From Myxococcota bacterium (GTDB lineage: Bacteria > Myxococcota_A > UBA796 > UBA2385): DNA of 64,000 bases. The DNA is taken from contig JBIJDH010000006.1 of NCBI GenBank assembly GCA_044344255.1, forward strand, positions 192,001-256,000, read 5' to 3'. The notes beneath the pieces are model-generated. The model was not told the DNA's origin. It saw only the letters and a program-made list of their open reading frames with translations, and did not search any database. Made by a program: the position numbers and the translations under genes. The stretch's first letter is position 1. Each line of letters begins with the position of its first letter. Shown piece after piece: positions 22,114-32,143 of the stretch.

Positions 22114-23812
22114 GCCCGCCCGCGCCCCGGGCCTGCTGGCGGCGGTCGAGGCCAGCCTCTCGGCGCGCATCGCGAAGCGGGTCAAGGAGAACCCGGCCTT
22201 GGCCGAGGGTTGGGCCTGGTCCGAGCAGGACGGCGTCACGCGGGTGAAGACCGACGACCCCGTCGTCGAGCTCCGTGCGGAGTCGAACCAGGTGGAGCTC
22301 GCGGGGATCCGCTGCTCCTGCCTGCTGGCGCCGAAGTGTGTCCACATCTTCGCGGTCGTGACGGCCCTGCCCGACCCCGCGGCGGCCGCACAGAAGGCCG
22401 ACGTGGGCGGAGCGCCTGCCAGCCCGCTCCCGGGCCTACCGGCCTCACCGGCCTCACCGGCTCCGGCGGCGCCGACGGTGTGCCTCTCAGCCGAGCAGGC
22501 CGCGGCGGCCAAGGCCGTCGAGGCCGTGTTGATCGAGCTCCTCGCCGAGGGAGCCCACGGCGTGGGCCTGCTCGGGCGCGCCGAGCTCTCCCGCGTCGGC
22601 TACCTCGCCCGCGAGACCGGGCTCCACCGCCTCGGCCGGGTCCTCTCTCGCCTCGTCCGCCAGCTCCGCCTCCTCGAGGCCGGACACGCCGGCTTCACGC
22701 TGTCCGCCCTCGTGGAGGACCTGCGGGAGGCCGCCCTCCTCTCCCGTTCCCTCGGCGCCGGCGCGGCGCCCGCCGCCGCCGTGGGCACCGCGCGGCGCGA
22801 GTACGGGCCGGCGGGGCACCTCCGCCTCTTCGGGCTGCTCTCCGAGCCCGTCTTCGGCGCCGGCGGGGTGGCGGGCGTGGTCACCACGCTCGCCGACGCC
22901 CAGGGCGGGCGCTGGACCGTGCCCGACCTCCGCCCCCGACCGAGCGCCGCGGTGATGGGGCTCTACGGGGTGGCCCCGCCGGTGAGCAGCCTGCCGCATG
23001 AGCGCCTCAGCCGCGAGGGTCTGTTCATTCAAGGCGCCACCGCCTCTGTCGAGGGGCGGCTCGGCGCAGGCAGCGGTGTGGCGGCGGTCCGCGCCGCCGG
23101 AGGGAGCTTCTCGGCCCCCCCCCTCTCCGCCGCCTGGGAGCGCCCCCTCCCCGAGCAGCTTCGGCGAGCCTTCGCCGAGGACAGCGATGGGCTCGTCTTC
23201 ATCGAGGGTGAAGTCCAGGGGGTCTGGCGGGACGCCCTCGTGCTCACCGGGCCCTGCTATGTGCTGGTCGGGACGAACCACAAGGCCTTCCCCTGGCGGG
23301 ACAACCTCAAGCTGCTCGCTCGGTGCCCGGGCCTGGCGCTCCGCCTGGTCGGCCGGGTGGTCCCGGATCGCCCGCGCGCCGTGATCGGCCTCGCGCTGTC
23401 CGCGCCGGGGCTCCAGCTACCCGCCGAGTGGGGTGGTCGAGTGAACCTGGGCTTTGACCGGCTGACCACCGCGCATGCTCCGGGGTGCGCCGCGGCGCCG
23501 ATCGAGCTCGACGGCCAGCCTCCGCTCGCGCCCGATCCCTCCGAGGCGCTGCGGCGCCGGGTCGAGCGCGCGGCCTTGGGGGGCCCCGGCTCCCTGCCCG
23601 GCGCGGCCTTCGGGCAGCTCAGCCGCGAGGTGGGCGCCCTCCGCGGCCACCTGATGGCGACCGGGGCTGACCTGCTCGCCGCCCTCGCCGGCGCCGCCCG
23701 CTCTGGCGACGCCGCCGCCTTCGCCGAGCGCTGGCTGGCCGCGGCCCTCTACGCGGAGTCCACCCAGCGGCGCCTCGCCGAGGCCGCCTGGGAGGCGCGC
23801 GCCAGCCCCTGA
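22106..23812 (+). CDS. SWIM zinc-finger protein (YehQ-like)
   Basis: CSCLLAPKCVH (CxCxnCxH), GLHRL, GTARREY; start overlaps the upstream stop. Confidence 0.75.
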   Translation: MGRPARAPGLLAAVEASLSARIAKRVKENPALAEGWAWSEQDGVTRVKTDDPVVELRAESNQVELAGIRCSCLLAPKCVHIFAVVTALPDPAAAAQKADVGGAPASPLPGLPASPASPAPAAPTVCLSAEQAAAAKAVEAVLIELLAEGAHGVGLLGRAELSRVGYLARETGLHRLGRVLSRLVRQLRLLEAGHAGFTLSALVEDLREAALLSRSLGAGAAPAAAVGTARREYGPAGHLRLFGLLSEPVFGAGGVAGVVTTLADAQGGRWTVPDLRPRPSAAVMGLYGVAPPVSSLPHERLSREGLFIQGATASVEGRLGAGSGVAAVRAAGGSFSAPPLSAAWERPLPEQLRRAFAEDSDGLVFIEGEVQGVWRDALVLTGPCYVLVGTNHKAFPWRDNLKLLARCPGLALRLVGRVVPDRPRAVIGLALSAPGLQLPAEWGGRVNLGFDRLTTAHAPGCAAAPIELDGQPPLAPDPSEALRRRVERAALGGPGSLPGAAFGQLSREVGALRGHLMATGADLLAALAGAARSGDAAAFAERWLAAALYAESTQRRLAEAAWEARASP

Positions 23813-23819
23813 GGGAGCC

Positions 23820-25538
23820 TCAGCGGTGCGCGCCGAGCGAGGCCGGAGGGTCGGCGTCGAAGTGATCGGGGAGCCCTCGGTCTTCGGGGCCCGCCGCCAG
23901 GACGCGGTTCCTCCCAGCCGCCTTGGCTCGGTACAAGGCGCGGTCGGCCTCCAGCATGCCGATGATGATCGCGTCCCGGCTCTGGCCCACCGCCGTCACG
24001 CCGCCGCTGACGGTCACCGGGATCGGGCCGCGGGGGGTGTCGAAGGGCCGCCCGCCGATGGCCTCGCGGATCCGCTCGGCGGCCTGGAGGCCCGCGGCCT
24101 CGGGCGTCTCGACGAAGCCGACACAGATCTCCTCTCCGCCCCAGCGGCCCACGATGTCGAGGTCACGGGTGACCGAGAGGATTCGCTTCCCGAGCTCGAT
24201 GAGCACCAGATCGCCGGTCGCGTGGCCGAACTGGTCGTTGATCAGCTTGAAGTTGTCGACGTCGAAGATGGCGAGGCAGAGGGGAGGGCCCCCCGGCGGG
24301 ACCCGGGCCGCGGCCTCTTGGAGGAGGGCGTCGGTGTGGCGACGATTGGCGATGCCCATGAGCGTGTCGATGCGGGCGAAGCGTAAGAGTTCGCCACGGA
24401 GCAGCTCTTCACGCGCGAGGGCGGCGCGCAGCGCCCCGTTGGCCTGCTCGAGGGCGGCGCTGCGGGTGCGCTCGGCCTCCACCTGCTGGCGGGCGAGGCG
24501 GGCCTCGTGGCGGGCCTCGAGGGCCCGGAGCCGCTGCTCGGTGGCGGCGGCGTCCATGCGGGACTGGATCTCCACGTGAGTCTGGAGGGCCCGCAGCGCG
24601 CCCCCGACGTCCCCTTGGGCTTCCAGCGCCGCGCATTTCGCCTTCTGCGCCAGGGAGACCACCCCCTCGAAGCCCCGTGCCTCGCCGATGGCCAGCGCGA
24701 GGTCGGCCTCCCGCAGCGCCATCGAGGACTGGCCCGCCGCGTTGAAGTAGCCGGCCACGAGCAGATGGTGGCGCGCGATCTGGTAGGGGTTGTCGAGCTC
24801 GCGGAGGAGGGAGGCGCTCGCGGCGTAGAGGTCGAGGCCCTCCCGGAACTGGCCTTGCTCACAGTGGATGCCGCCCCGGCCGGCGTAGATGAGCGCGCGG
24901 ACGAGCGTCTGGCCGAGCTCGGTGGCGAGGCGCTGGCCCTCGTCGTAGGCGGCGCGGGCCTCCTCGAAGCGGCGCTGCCGGAGGAGGGCGCCGCCGAGGT
25001 TGCAGAGCGCCAGCGCCGTCAGCGCGCCGTCGCTCGCCGCGCGGGCGAGGGTGAGGGCGCGCTCGGTGAGGGCGGCGTACGGCTCCGGCTCGTCGCGCTC
25101 CCCGTGGATGTAGCCGAGGCACACGAGGGCGTCGGCCTCGTCCCGCAGCGAGCCGGCCGCGGCGGCCTCGTCGCGGGCCTTGGCGGCGGCCTCGAGGGCC
25201 CGATTCAGGTCGCCCGCCCGGATGGCGCCGCGGGTGGCTTGGAGGAGGCTCTGGATGAAGAGGGGTTGGTCGCCCGCGCTCTCGGCCTCGCGGGCGGCCT
25301 CCTCCAGGCGGAGCAGGCCGCGGAGGGGATCGGGGCCGCCGATGTCCCAGCGCCCGAGCAGGTGCAGCCAGACGGCGCGCTCGGCTCCCTCGCTGGCGCG
25401 CTCGGCGGCCTCGGCCTCGGCGCGCATGGCCCATCGCTCGGTCTGGCAGGCCTGCGTCCAGGCGTCGAGCCGCTCACCGAGGGCCGAACGAAGGCTCGGG
25501 CCGGGCCGAGGGAGGACTGTCGATCTCGACTCAGTCAT
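23820..25538 (-). CDS. TPR-repeat diguanylate cyclase
   Basis: DTLMGIANRR, DVDNFKLINDQFGHATGD, I-site RDLD, GGEEI, ADRALYRAKAAGRNR. Confidence 0.9.
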   Translation of the reverse strand: MTESRSTVLPRPGPSLRSALGERLDAWTQACQTERWAMRAEAEAAERASEGAERAVWLHLLGRWDIGGPDPLRGLLRLEEAAREAESAGDQPLFIQSLLQATRGAIRAGDLNRALEAAAKARDEAAAAGSLRDEADALVCLGYIHGERDEPEPYAALTERALTLARAASDGALTALALCNLGGALLRQRRFEEARAAYDEGQRLATELGQTLVRALIYAGRGGIHCEQGQFREGLDLYAASASLLRELDNPYQIARHHLLVAGYFNAAGQSSMALREADLALAIGEARGFEGVVSLAQKAKCAALEAQGDVGGALRALQTHVEIQSRMDAAATEQRLRALEARHEARLARQQVEAERTRSAALEQANGALRAALAREELLRGELLRFARIDTLMGIANRRHTDALLQEAAARVPPGGPPLCLAIFDVDNFKLINDQFGHATGDLVLIELGKRILSVTRDLDIVGRWGGEEICVGFVETPEAAGLQAAERIREAIGGRPFDTPRGPIPVTVSGGVTAVGQSRDAIIIGMLEADRALYRAKAAGRNRVLAAGPEDRGLPDHFDADPPASLGAHR

Positions 25539-25771
25539 TTTGGGTGGGGCGATAGCGGCGATGACACAGCGCGGAGCGGATCATGGCGACGAGCCTGGGC
25601 GACGGGCGAGGCGCGGTGCCGCGCCACGCCGCAGGTATATCCGATCGAGGCTCCTTGACCCGTTCACAGTCATTTTGATTCGGCTCCTGGAGCTGGCGCA
25701 CGCTGTTCCGTTTGGATCATCGAGCGGACGCCCCGGGGGCCATGGCCGAGAGGCCCAGCCGGTCGCCTCGA

Positions 25772-27373
25772 TCAGGCGGGGATCTCTTGGATCCCAGCGT
25801 GGGCGAAGGTGACGTGCTCCCACTGCCCGAGCGAGGCCGACCCGGAGGCGGCGCCCAGCTCGGTGAGGCTGAAGGTCGCGCCGTCCCAGGTCAGGTGGTA
25901 GAGCCCCACCCGGCTGACGCTCTCCATGGTGAAGAGCACGTCCCCGGCGATGCTCAGGAGCTCGTCTCCGTCCACTCCCACGAGGCGACTCGTGCCGTAG
26001 TTCACGCCGAAGAAGTTCTCGTTCGGCTCGACGATGTCGATGTCTTCGACGTTCACGCCCAGCGAGTAGGTGGTGTAGGCGCCCGTGGTGTCGAAGGCGT
26101 AGAGCAGGCCCACCTCTTCGGCGCCCGCGATGATGCAGCCGGCGAGCGGCCCGAAGCGCTCCGGGGAGTCGGGCACGGTGATGAGCCCCTCGAGGTGCAC
26201 GCCGGCCACCTTCGCCACCTGCGTCGGGTTGGCGGCGGCGTCGATGCGCCAGACCTCACCGTAGGTGGTGACGACGATGAGGTCTCCGCCCCAGACGCCG
26301 GTGCGATCGACGTAGAGCGAGCCGCGCATCAGGCCGTTGTTGAAGCCCGGCAGGGTGACCCAGGGGTTGGTGATGGTGGCGCCGTCGGCGCTGATCTTCA
26401 CCACCTGCCCGTCGAGGCCGTTGCCGACGAAGAGCTCACCCCGGTTGAAGCCGGCGGGGTTGTCCGATCGGGCGGTGGCGATCTTGACCTCGTCGGTGAG
26501 GCCGGACATCGCCGAGAAGGTGGCGTGGCTGCCGTCAGCGGCCACCTGCTCGAGGGTGGTCGGGTTGCCGGTCGGGTAGTTCACCGACATCACCACCGTG
26601 CCCGACGACTCGTGAAAGTCGATGCCGATCGGGGAGTTGAAGGAGGTGGAGATCGCGACGAAGGAGACGGTGGGGGTGCCGGCGTCGTTCCGCACGTCCC
26701 GCCAGTTCTCGAGGCCGTCGCCGTCCCAGTCCTCGACCCCCTCGCGGGCGTCGGTCATGCCGTCGCCGTCTGCGTCTTCGTCGCGATAGTCGGCGGTGCC
26801 GTCGAGGTCGGTGTCCTCGGGGGCGCCGGCGTCGAGGGGCGCGGCCTCGACGAGGTCAGAGATGCCGTCGTTGTCGCTGTCGTCGTCGTGGACGTCGGTG
26901 ACGCCGTCGCCGTCGGTGTCGGCGGGCCCGCCGTCGGACTCGCGCGGGGCGCCCTCGAGCTCGTCGGAGACGCCGTCGTCGTCGCTGTCGAGGTCGAGGT
27001 AGTCGGGGGTGCCGTCGCCGTCGAAGTCCACCGTGGCCTCGGGGGTCTCGGCGCGGCCCTCCTCGCGGTCGGAGAGCCCGTCGCCGTCCGAGTCTCCGGC
27101 GTAGGGATCGGTCGGCTCCCCGGTGTCACCGGCGGTGTCGCCGCCGGTGTCCGGGACGGCGGTGTCGGGCGGATCGCTGTCGGGGGCGGTGTCGGGTGGG
27201 TCGCTGTCGGCGCCACCGCCCCCGTCGGCGCTGGTGATGCCGGAGTCGAGGGGTGCGGGTTCGTCGCCCTTTGGGGAATCGACCGGCTGCGCGCAGGCGA
27301 GGAGCCCGGAGAGCGCGATGGTGAGGACGGCGCGAGGGACACGGCGAGCGCGAGCGGGGGCCGGGGACTGCAT
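25772..27373 (-). CDS. lipoprotein with Ca-binding DxDGDG repeats and a C-terminal beta-propeller-like domain
   Basis: Lipobox [38 protein letters not shown] repeats. Confidence 0.75.
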   Translation of the reverse strand: MQSPAPARARRVPRAVLTIALSGLLACAQPVDSPKGDEPAPLDSGITSADGGGGADSDPPDTAPDSDPPDTAVPDTGGDTAGDTGEPTDPYAGDSDGDGLSDREEGRAETPEATVDFDGDGTPDYLDLDSDDDGVSDELEGAPRESDGGPADTDGDGVTDVHDDDSDNDGISDLVEAAPLDAGAPEDTDLDGTADYRDEDADGDGMTDAREGVEDWDGDGLENWRDVRNDAGTPTVSFVAISTSFNSPIGIDFHESSGTVVMSVNYPTGNPTTLEQVAADGSHATFSAMSGLTDEVKIATARSDNPAGFNRGELFVGNGLDGQVVKISADGATITNPWVTLPGFNNGLMRGSLYVDRTGVWGGDLIVVTTYGEVWRIDAAANPTQVAKVAGVHLEGLITVPDSPERFGPLAGCIIAGAEEVGLLYAFDTTGAYTTYSLGVNVEDIDIVEPNENFFGVNYGTSRLVGVDGDELLSIAGDVLFTMESVSRVGLYHLTWDGATFSLTELGAASGSASLGQWEHVTFAHAGIQEIPA

Positions 27374-27457
27374 CGGGGGGGACCTCTCTCCGGGGCCTCC
27401 GCTGCGAGGCGCCGAAGACCCCGACGATAGCACGCCCCTCCCCGGCGCTCGCCCGCC

Positions 27458-28696
27458 TCAGAAGCCGACCACCGAGGCCAGCGTGAACTGGTTGAAGAGC
27501 GGGTCATCCGCCCCCTCGAGCTTGCCTTGGGTCCAGATCGCCTGGAGCTTGCCCTTGTGGCCGAGGTTGTCCCCCGGCTTGCCGCCGCTGTCGGGGAGGA
27601 AGTAGGAAAGGCCCGCCTCGAGGGTGGTGAGCGTGTCGTCCTTCGCCGCGCTGTCGGTGTTGGGGTCGAGGGCGGCGTAGCGGAGGCCGGGGGCGAGGCC
27701 CATGGGCAGGTAGTAGCCGACCTGGGCGTAGTAGCCTCGGCTCTTCAACGGATCGATGGCGTCGTCGGCCGAGGTGTAGTTGCCCATGAGGAGCTCCCCG
27801 TTCACGGTCAGGCCCGCGGCGGCGAAGCGCAGCTCGGCGCCGTAGCGGCTGTCCTTGTCCTTTCCGTCGGACTTGCCGGCGGTGTCGAAGACGGGGTGGG
27901 CGTTCTGGGTGAAGGCGCCGCCCAGGGAGAGGCGGGGCTTGCCGCGCGCGAAGTCGACCTCGTCGTACTTGAACTCGCCGAGGGGGGCGACCGCCACGCG
28001 GGCGAGCAACATCGAGCCGTCGTCCGGGGGCCAGACGTTGGCGCCGTCACCGTTGAACACGCCGGCCTGGTACTCGACCTTCTTCTCGGCGACGGTGCCC
28101 TGGAGGTGCGCGCCGACGTCGCGGGAGTAGGAGTAGCCTCCGACCTTCAGCGCCCCGACCTTCAGGCCGTCGACGGGCAGGGCCCGCTCGGCGAGGAGGA
28201 GGTTCGTGTCCGAGGTGACGTTCTCCGCGGTGAAGGGGACCTTGTACTGCCCGGCGGCGAGCTCGGCGTAGGGCGCGAACTTGTAGATGATCTGGGCGTC
28301 GTCGAGCAGGGGCTTGGTGGCCTGCTGGCTGCCGCCGGCGCCGTCGGAGAAGCCGAAGCCGCGCGCGGCGTCGATTCGGAATCGGTAGTCGATCTTGCCG
28401 GCGAGGGTGCCGTTGACCGTGAAGAGGGCGCGGCGGATGCGAAAGCCCTGCTCGATCACGTGGTCGGCGTCAGTGGCGTCGGGGTCGCCGGCGAGCGTGT
28501 ACTGGAACCGGGGCTGGAGCGACATCCCGATGTTGAGGTCGTTCTTGCCGGAGGCGTCGGTGATGTTGAAGCCCTTCTTCGTGAGCCCTGCGCTGCCTGG
28601 CGCCTCGTCGGCCTGGGCCGGGTTGGCGGACACGAGGGCGGCGGTGACGAGCAGGAGGGCGACGGGGCCGGTGGGGCGGCGGGTGGGAGCGTGCAT
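27458..28696 (-). CDS. outer-membrane porin (OprO/P-like family)
   Basis: Signal peptide, GFRIRRA, AGQYKVPF, RDVG, YQAGVFNGDG, terminal Phe. Confidence 0.82.
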   Translation of the reverse strand: MHAPTRRPTGPVALLLVTAALVSANPAQADEAPGSAGLTKKGFNITDASGKNDLNIGMSLQPRFQYTLAGDPDATDADHVIEQGFRIRRALFTVNGTLAGKIDYRFRIDAARGFGFSDGAGGSQQATKPLLDDAQIIYKFAPYAELAAGQYKVPFTAENVTSDTNLLLAERALPVDGLKVGALKVGGYSYSRDVGAHLQGTVAEKKVEYQAGVFNGDGANVWPPDDGSMLLARVAVAPLGEFKYDEVDFARGKPRLSLGGAFTQNAHPVFDTAGKSDGKDKDSRYGAELRFAAAGLTVNGELLMGNYTSADDAIDPLKSRGYYAQVGYYLPMGLAPGLRYAALDPNTDSAAKDDTLTTLEAGLSYFLPDSGGKPGDNLGHKGKLQAIWTQGKLEGADDPLFNQFTLASVVGF

Positions 28697-28732
28697 GGAG
28701 GTCCTCGGCGGGTGGGTCGGCGGGCCGGACGT

Positions 28733-28748
28733 TGCACAGGTCATGCCG
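28733..28748 (-). promoter_or_regulatory. sigma-54 promoter for the porin gene
   Basis: Minus strand CGGCATGACCTGTGCA with GG-N10-GC spacing, about 36 nt upstream of the ATG. Confidence 0.55.
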
Positions 28749-29029
28749 AATCCGTGAGTCGGTGAAGAACGGCCGATCTCGCTCCGGGTTGGACCGGCTT
28801 CCTGGCACGGCCGTCCTGGGTTCACGGTGCTTCCGCGTGGCGCTTGGGGATCACGGGGGGTGAGGATCCCCGATCGGTGACGGTGTGCGGGTTCGCCCAT
28901 CGGTGAGCGCCTCACTGCCCAGCCCCCGAGCGGCTGATCTTCGACAGGATCCCCCCGGCCGCTCCCGGGATAGCCGTGGCCTGAGGGCGACCACCACCCT
29001 CGCCACTCGTCCTTCGCCCCGGAGCGCCT

Positions 29030-30106
29030 ATGTCTCTTCGTTTGTTTGTCCCCGGATCTCTCCTCCTGTTGAGCGTGCTCGCCTGTGCGGGGGGCGGCGA
29101 AGGGGATGACGACGCCGATGATGACAAGGCCGTTGAGGGCAAGGAGGAGTCAAAGAAGGAAGAGGCGAAGACCGAAGAGGCGAAGCCCGTGATCGCCCCC
29201 GCCGAGCCCGGCAAGCTCCCGGTCGACTTCCCGAAGGTGGGCACCTCGCTGGTGGCTGGCGCCAAGGTCTGGGCCCCCAAGCGGGCCGAGGTCGACGAGT
29301 CCTTCACCAAGACCAACCCCTCGATCTCCTACTACGAGGGTGAGCTCGTCGCCCCGGGCGACGTCGAGTCCACCGTCAAGATCGGCGACGTGACACAGTC
29401 CGTCCCCAACTCGGCCATCATCGGCATCCCCGGGGACCCCATCGCCAAGCCGGGCGACCTCGTGGTGGCGATGGACGGCTGGAGCCCCGGCCGCATGCTC
29501 GTGACCGGCGGCACCCCCGCCGAGCCCAAGGTCACCTGCCTCGACACCAAGCCCGAGTACGCCTGCAAGGACCGCTCGCTCAAGGCCGGCTACTTCATGG
29601 TGCTCTCCGAGCCTGGCCAGGTCGGCAGCACGATCATCTGCAAGGACGGCGGCGACTACATCCACGGCACCCTGCTCGCCCACGACGGCGATCGCGTGCT
29701 CATCAGCTCCTTCGCCCGCGAGGCGCGCGCCTTTGACGGCAAGACCTGCAAGGCGCTGCCGCTCGACCCCAAGGTCAAGAAGGACGACAAGATCTTCGTC
29801 CCCGTCAACGCCAAGTACCTCGACGGCACCGTGCTCTCCGTCGAGCCCGACGCCCGCCGGGCGACCATCCGCTACAAGTGGGTGAGCGACGTCGACGAGT
29901 CCTTCTCGCTGCTCGACGTGGCCGCCACCCTCGAGCCGATGGGCCTCGCCGCCGCGCCCAGCCACCCCCCGGGCGCCGCGCCCGCCGCCGTCGAAGCCAA
30001 GAAGGACGACGGCGACAAGGGCGGCAAGAAGGGCGGCGGCAAGCTCAAGGGCCTCGATACCCAGGCCACCAAGCAGGCCGGCAAGCTCCGCAAGAAGGAA
30101 AAGTGA
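29030..30106 (+). CDS. hypothetical lipoprotein, beta-rich with Lys-rich termini
   Basis: Lipobox VLAC and strong GC3 bias. Confidence 0.75.
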   Translation: MSLRLFVPGSLLLLSVLACAGGGEGDDDADDDKAVEGKEESKKEEAKTEEAKPVIAPAEPGKLPVDFPKVGTSLVAGAKVWAPKRAEVDESFTKTNPSISYYEGELVAPGDVESTVKIGDVTQSVPNSAIIGIPGDPIAKPGDLVVAMDGWSPGRMLVTGGTPAEPKVTCLDTKPEYACKDRSLKAGYFMVLSEPGQVGSTIICKDGGDYIHGTLLAHDGDRVLISSFAREARAFDGKTCKALPLDPKVKKDDKIFVPVNAKYLDGTVLSVEPDARRATIRYKWVSDVDESFSLLDVAATLEPMGLAAAPSHPPGAAPAAVEAKKDDGDKGGKKGGGKLKGLDTQATKQAGKLRKKEK

Positions 30107-30121
30107 GCGTCGGGCGCGCCC

Positions 30122-31948
30122 TCACATGATGTCGTAGCCGGTGAAGGCGCGCCGGTCGGCCCGGGTCTCGAAGGGGTGCACGTTCCCCTTCGGGTCGTGG
30201 ACCGCGGCCTCGGTGTAGTGGCGGTTCGCCGCCGCGACCTCCCGCCACACGGCCCAGTCCCCGTCGATGTCTCCGCTGAGCCGCGGATCATCGGCGAGGT
30301 GCTCCCGCCAGAGGTCGAGCCGGGCGGCCGCCACCAGCGGGGCGTCGACCACGGCGAGGTTGATCTCGCCCTCGTACTCGAAGCCGCGGTCGTTGACGTT
30401 GCACGAGCCCACCGTCATGAACCAGTCATCGACGATCATCAGCTTGGCGTGGACGTCGACCTCGACCAGCGAGCGGCGGCCCTCGCGGTCGACGCCGCTC
30501 ACCTTGAGGGCGAAGAGCTGGAAGCCCGGCTGCCGCTCGCGGATGCGCTCCACACACTCGTGGGTCCAGCCGCCGGAGCCGACGCCGCGGGCCTCCGACT
30601 CCTTGGTGACCACCACCACCCGGAGGTCGGGGAACTTGCGCACCTGGCTGGCGATGGCGTCGGAGAGCTGCACGGAGCGGAAGTACTGGTCTTCGATGTA
30701 GATGAGGCGCCGCGCCGCGCCCACCGCCCGGAGGTACACGTCCTGGATGCCCCGCTCGTCCCAGGGCTCGGGCATCGTGCGCACCACCTGCACCTGGGTG
30801 GGCCCGCAGGCGGGGGCGGCGGCCGGCAGCTTGAAGCGGCTCGCGTTGTCGGACCAGTCCTCCGCCTTGTCGATCAGGTAATGCCAGCGCTCCTGGAAGT
30901 TGCGCTCGAGGTCGACCACCGCCGGGCCCCGCAGCTCGGCGATGAAGTCGTGGCGCGGCGCGTGATCGGTGGGGTGGAGGAACTCAGCCACCTGCTCGCG
31001 GAAGCTGCGGGGGCGGGAGAAGCGGCAGCGCCGCGGGTCAAACACCTGGTGCAACCGGCTGTCCCAGTCGTTCTCCTTCAGGTTCATCCCGCCGCAATAT
31101 CCGAGCACCCCGTCGATGATCGCCGTCTTCTGGTGGTAGGAGCCCACCTTGAAGCCGCCGAGGAGGCTGTTGAGTAGCGGGTGCTCGTCGTCGTTGAGCA
31201 GCCGCCGGTCGGTGGGGTTCTCCTGCTGGAGCACCTCGAAGTGGTCGCCGCCGTCGCGGCCGGCCTTGCGGGTGTCGGCGGGGGGCTCGAGGAAGGGGGC
31301 GTCCCAGAGCAGCAGGCGGACGGTGACGCCCCGCTCCGCCAGCTCCCGCAGGTTCTCCTGGATGGTGAAGGGCTCGCGGGCCTCGGGCTCGGCCAGGGGA
31401 TCGGGGCGGCGGAGCTCGGTGGTCTCCTGGTAGATCCAGGTGGTGACGTGAACCCGCTTACGGGCCCCCGCGAGGGCGTCGGCCACGGCCCCCCAGCCGA
31501 GCTCGCCGTCGGGCAGCAAGCGCACGGCGTTGCCCTCGCGGGGCGGCGTGCCGATGGGGGTGAACCAGAGGTAGTCGAGCACGACGTCGAGGCGGAAGTG
31601 CCGCTCGCCGATGAGCGTGACGCCCGCGATCTCCGAGGCCCGCGTGTCGCCGCGGTTCAGCGTGCGCAGCGAGGGCACCTCGCCCTGGCCCGCGTAGAAG
31701 AGGGTGGTGCGCAGCGTGCGGTGGTCAAAGCCCCCCGCCTTGCCCACCCGCTCGACGAAGAGGATGTAATCCCCCGAGATCGGCAGCGCGGCGCGATAGT
31801 CGCCGGGAGCAGCCTCGACCTCGGCCCCCGTGCAGACCACACCCTGGCCGGTGATGCGGACGTCGGCGCCGGACACCGGCGCGCCGTGGGGGGTCTGGAT
31901 GCGGAGGTCGAGCCGGATGGGGCCGTCGAGCATCTGGGGTCCTCTCAT
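30122..31948 (-). CDS. phospholipase D-family protein with an N-terminal beta-sandwich extension
   Basis: Two HKD motifs (YHQKTAIID, VHAKLMIVDD), IYIEDQYF, VGSCNVNDR; start approximate. Confidence 0.9.
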   Translation of the reverse strand: MRGPQMLDGPIRLDLRIQTPHGAPVSGADVRITGQGVVCTGAEVEAAPGDYRAALPISGDYILFVERVGKAGGFDHRTLRTTLFYAGQGEVPSLRTLNRGDTRASEIAGVTLIGERHFRLDVVLDYLWFTPIGTPPREGNAVRLLPDGELGWGAVADALAGARKRVHVTTWIYQETTELRRPDPLAEPEAREPFTIQENLRELAERGVTVRLLLWDAPFLEPPADTRKAGRDGGDHFEVLQQENPTDRRLLNDDEHPLLNSLLGGFKVGSYHQKTAIIDGVLGYCGGMNLKENDWDSRLHQVFDPRRCRFSRPRSFREQVAEFLHPTDHAPRHDFIAELRGPAVVDLERNFQERWHYLIDKAEDWSDNASRFKLPAAAPACGPTQVQVVRTMPEPWDERGIQDVYLRAVGAARRLIYIEDQYFRSVQLSDAIASQVRKFPDLRVVVVTKESEARGVGSGGWTHECVERIRERQPGFQLFALKVSGVDREGRRSLVEVDVHAKLMIVDDWFMTVGSCNVNDRGFEYEGEINLAVVDAPLVAAARLDLWREHLADDPRLSGDIDGDWAVWREVAAANRHYTEAAVHDPKGNVHPFETRADRRAFTGYDIM

Positions 31949-32143
31949 GCGGGGGAGGCTGGCTTTTAGCACGACCTGGCGCACGACGGGCTGGGTGGGG
32001 CGGCCCTCCCATCGGCCCCCACCGGTCGAGGCTCCGGCCTGTGAAGCTCCCGTCAGGCCGGACTATGGAGCGGCTTCTCCCGGAACCCCCGCCGACCCCG
32101 CCGGGTCAGGGGATGGGTCGCTGCTCTCCCGAGGACGCCCCCG

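Noticed and set aside
28801..28820. TGGCACG as a plus-strand sigma-54 promoter
   Set aside because: No GC at the -12 position
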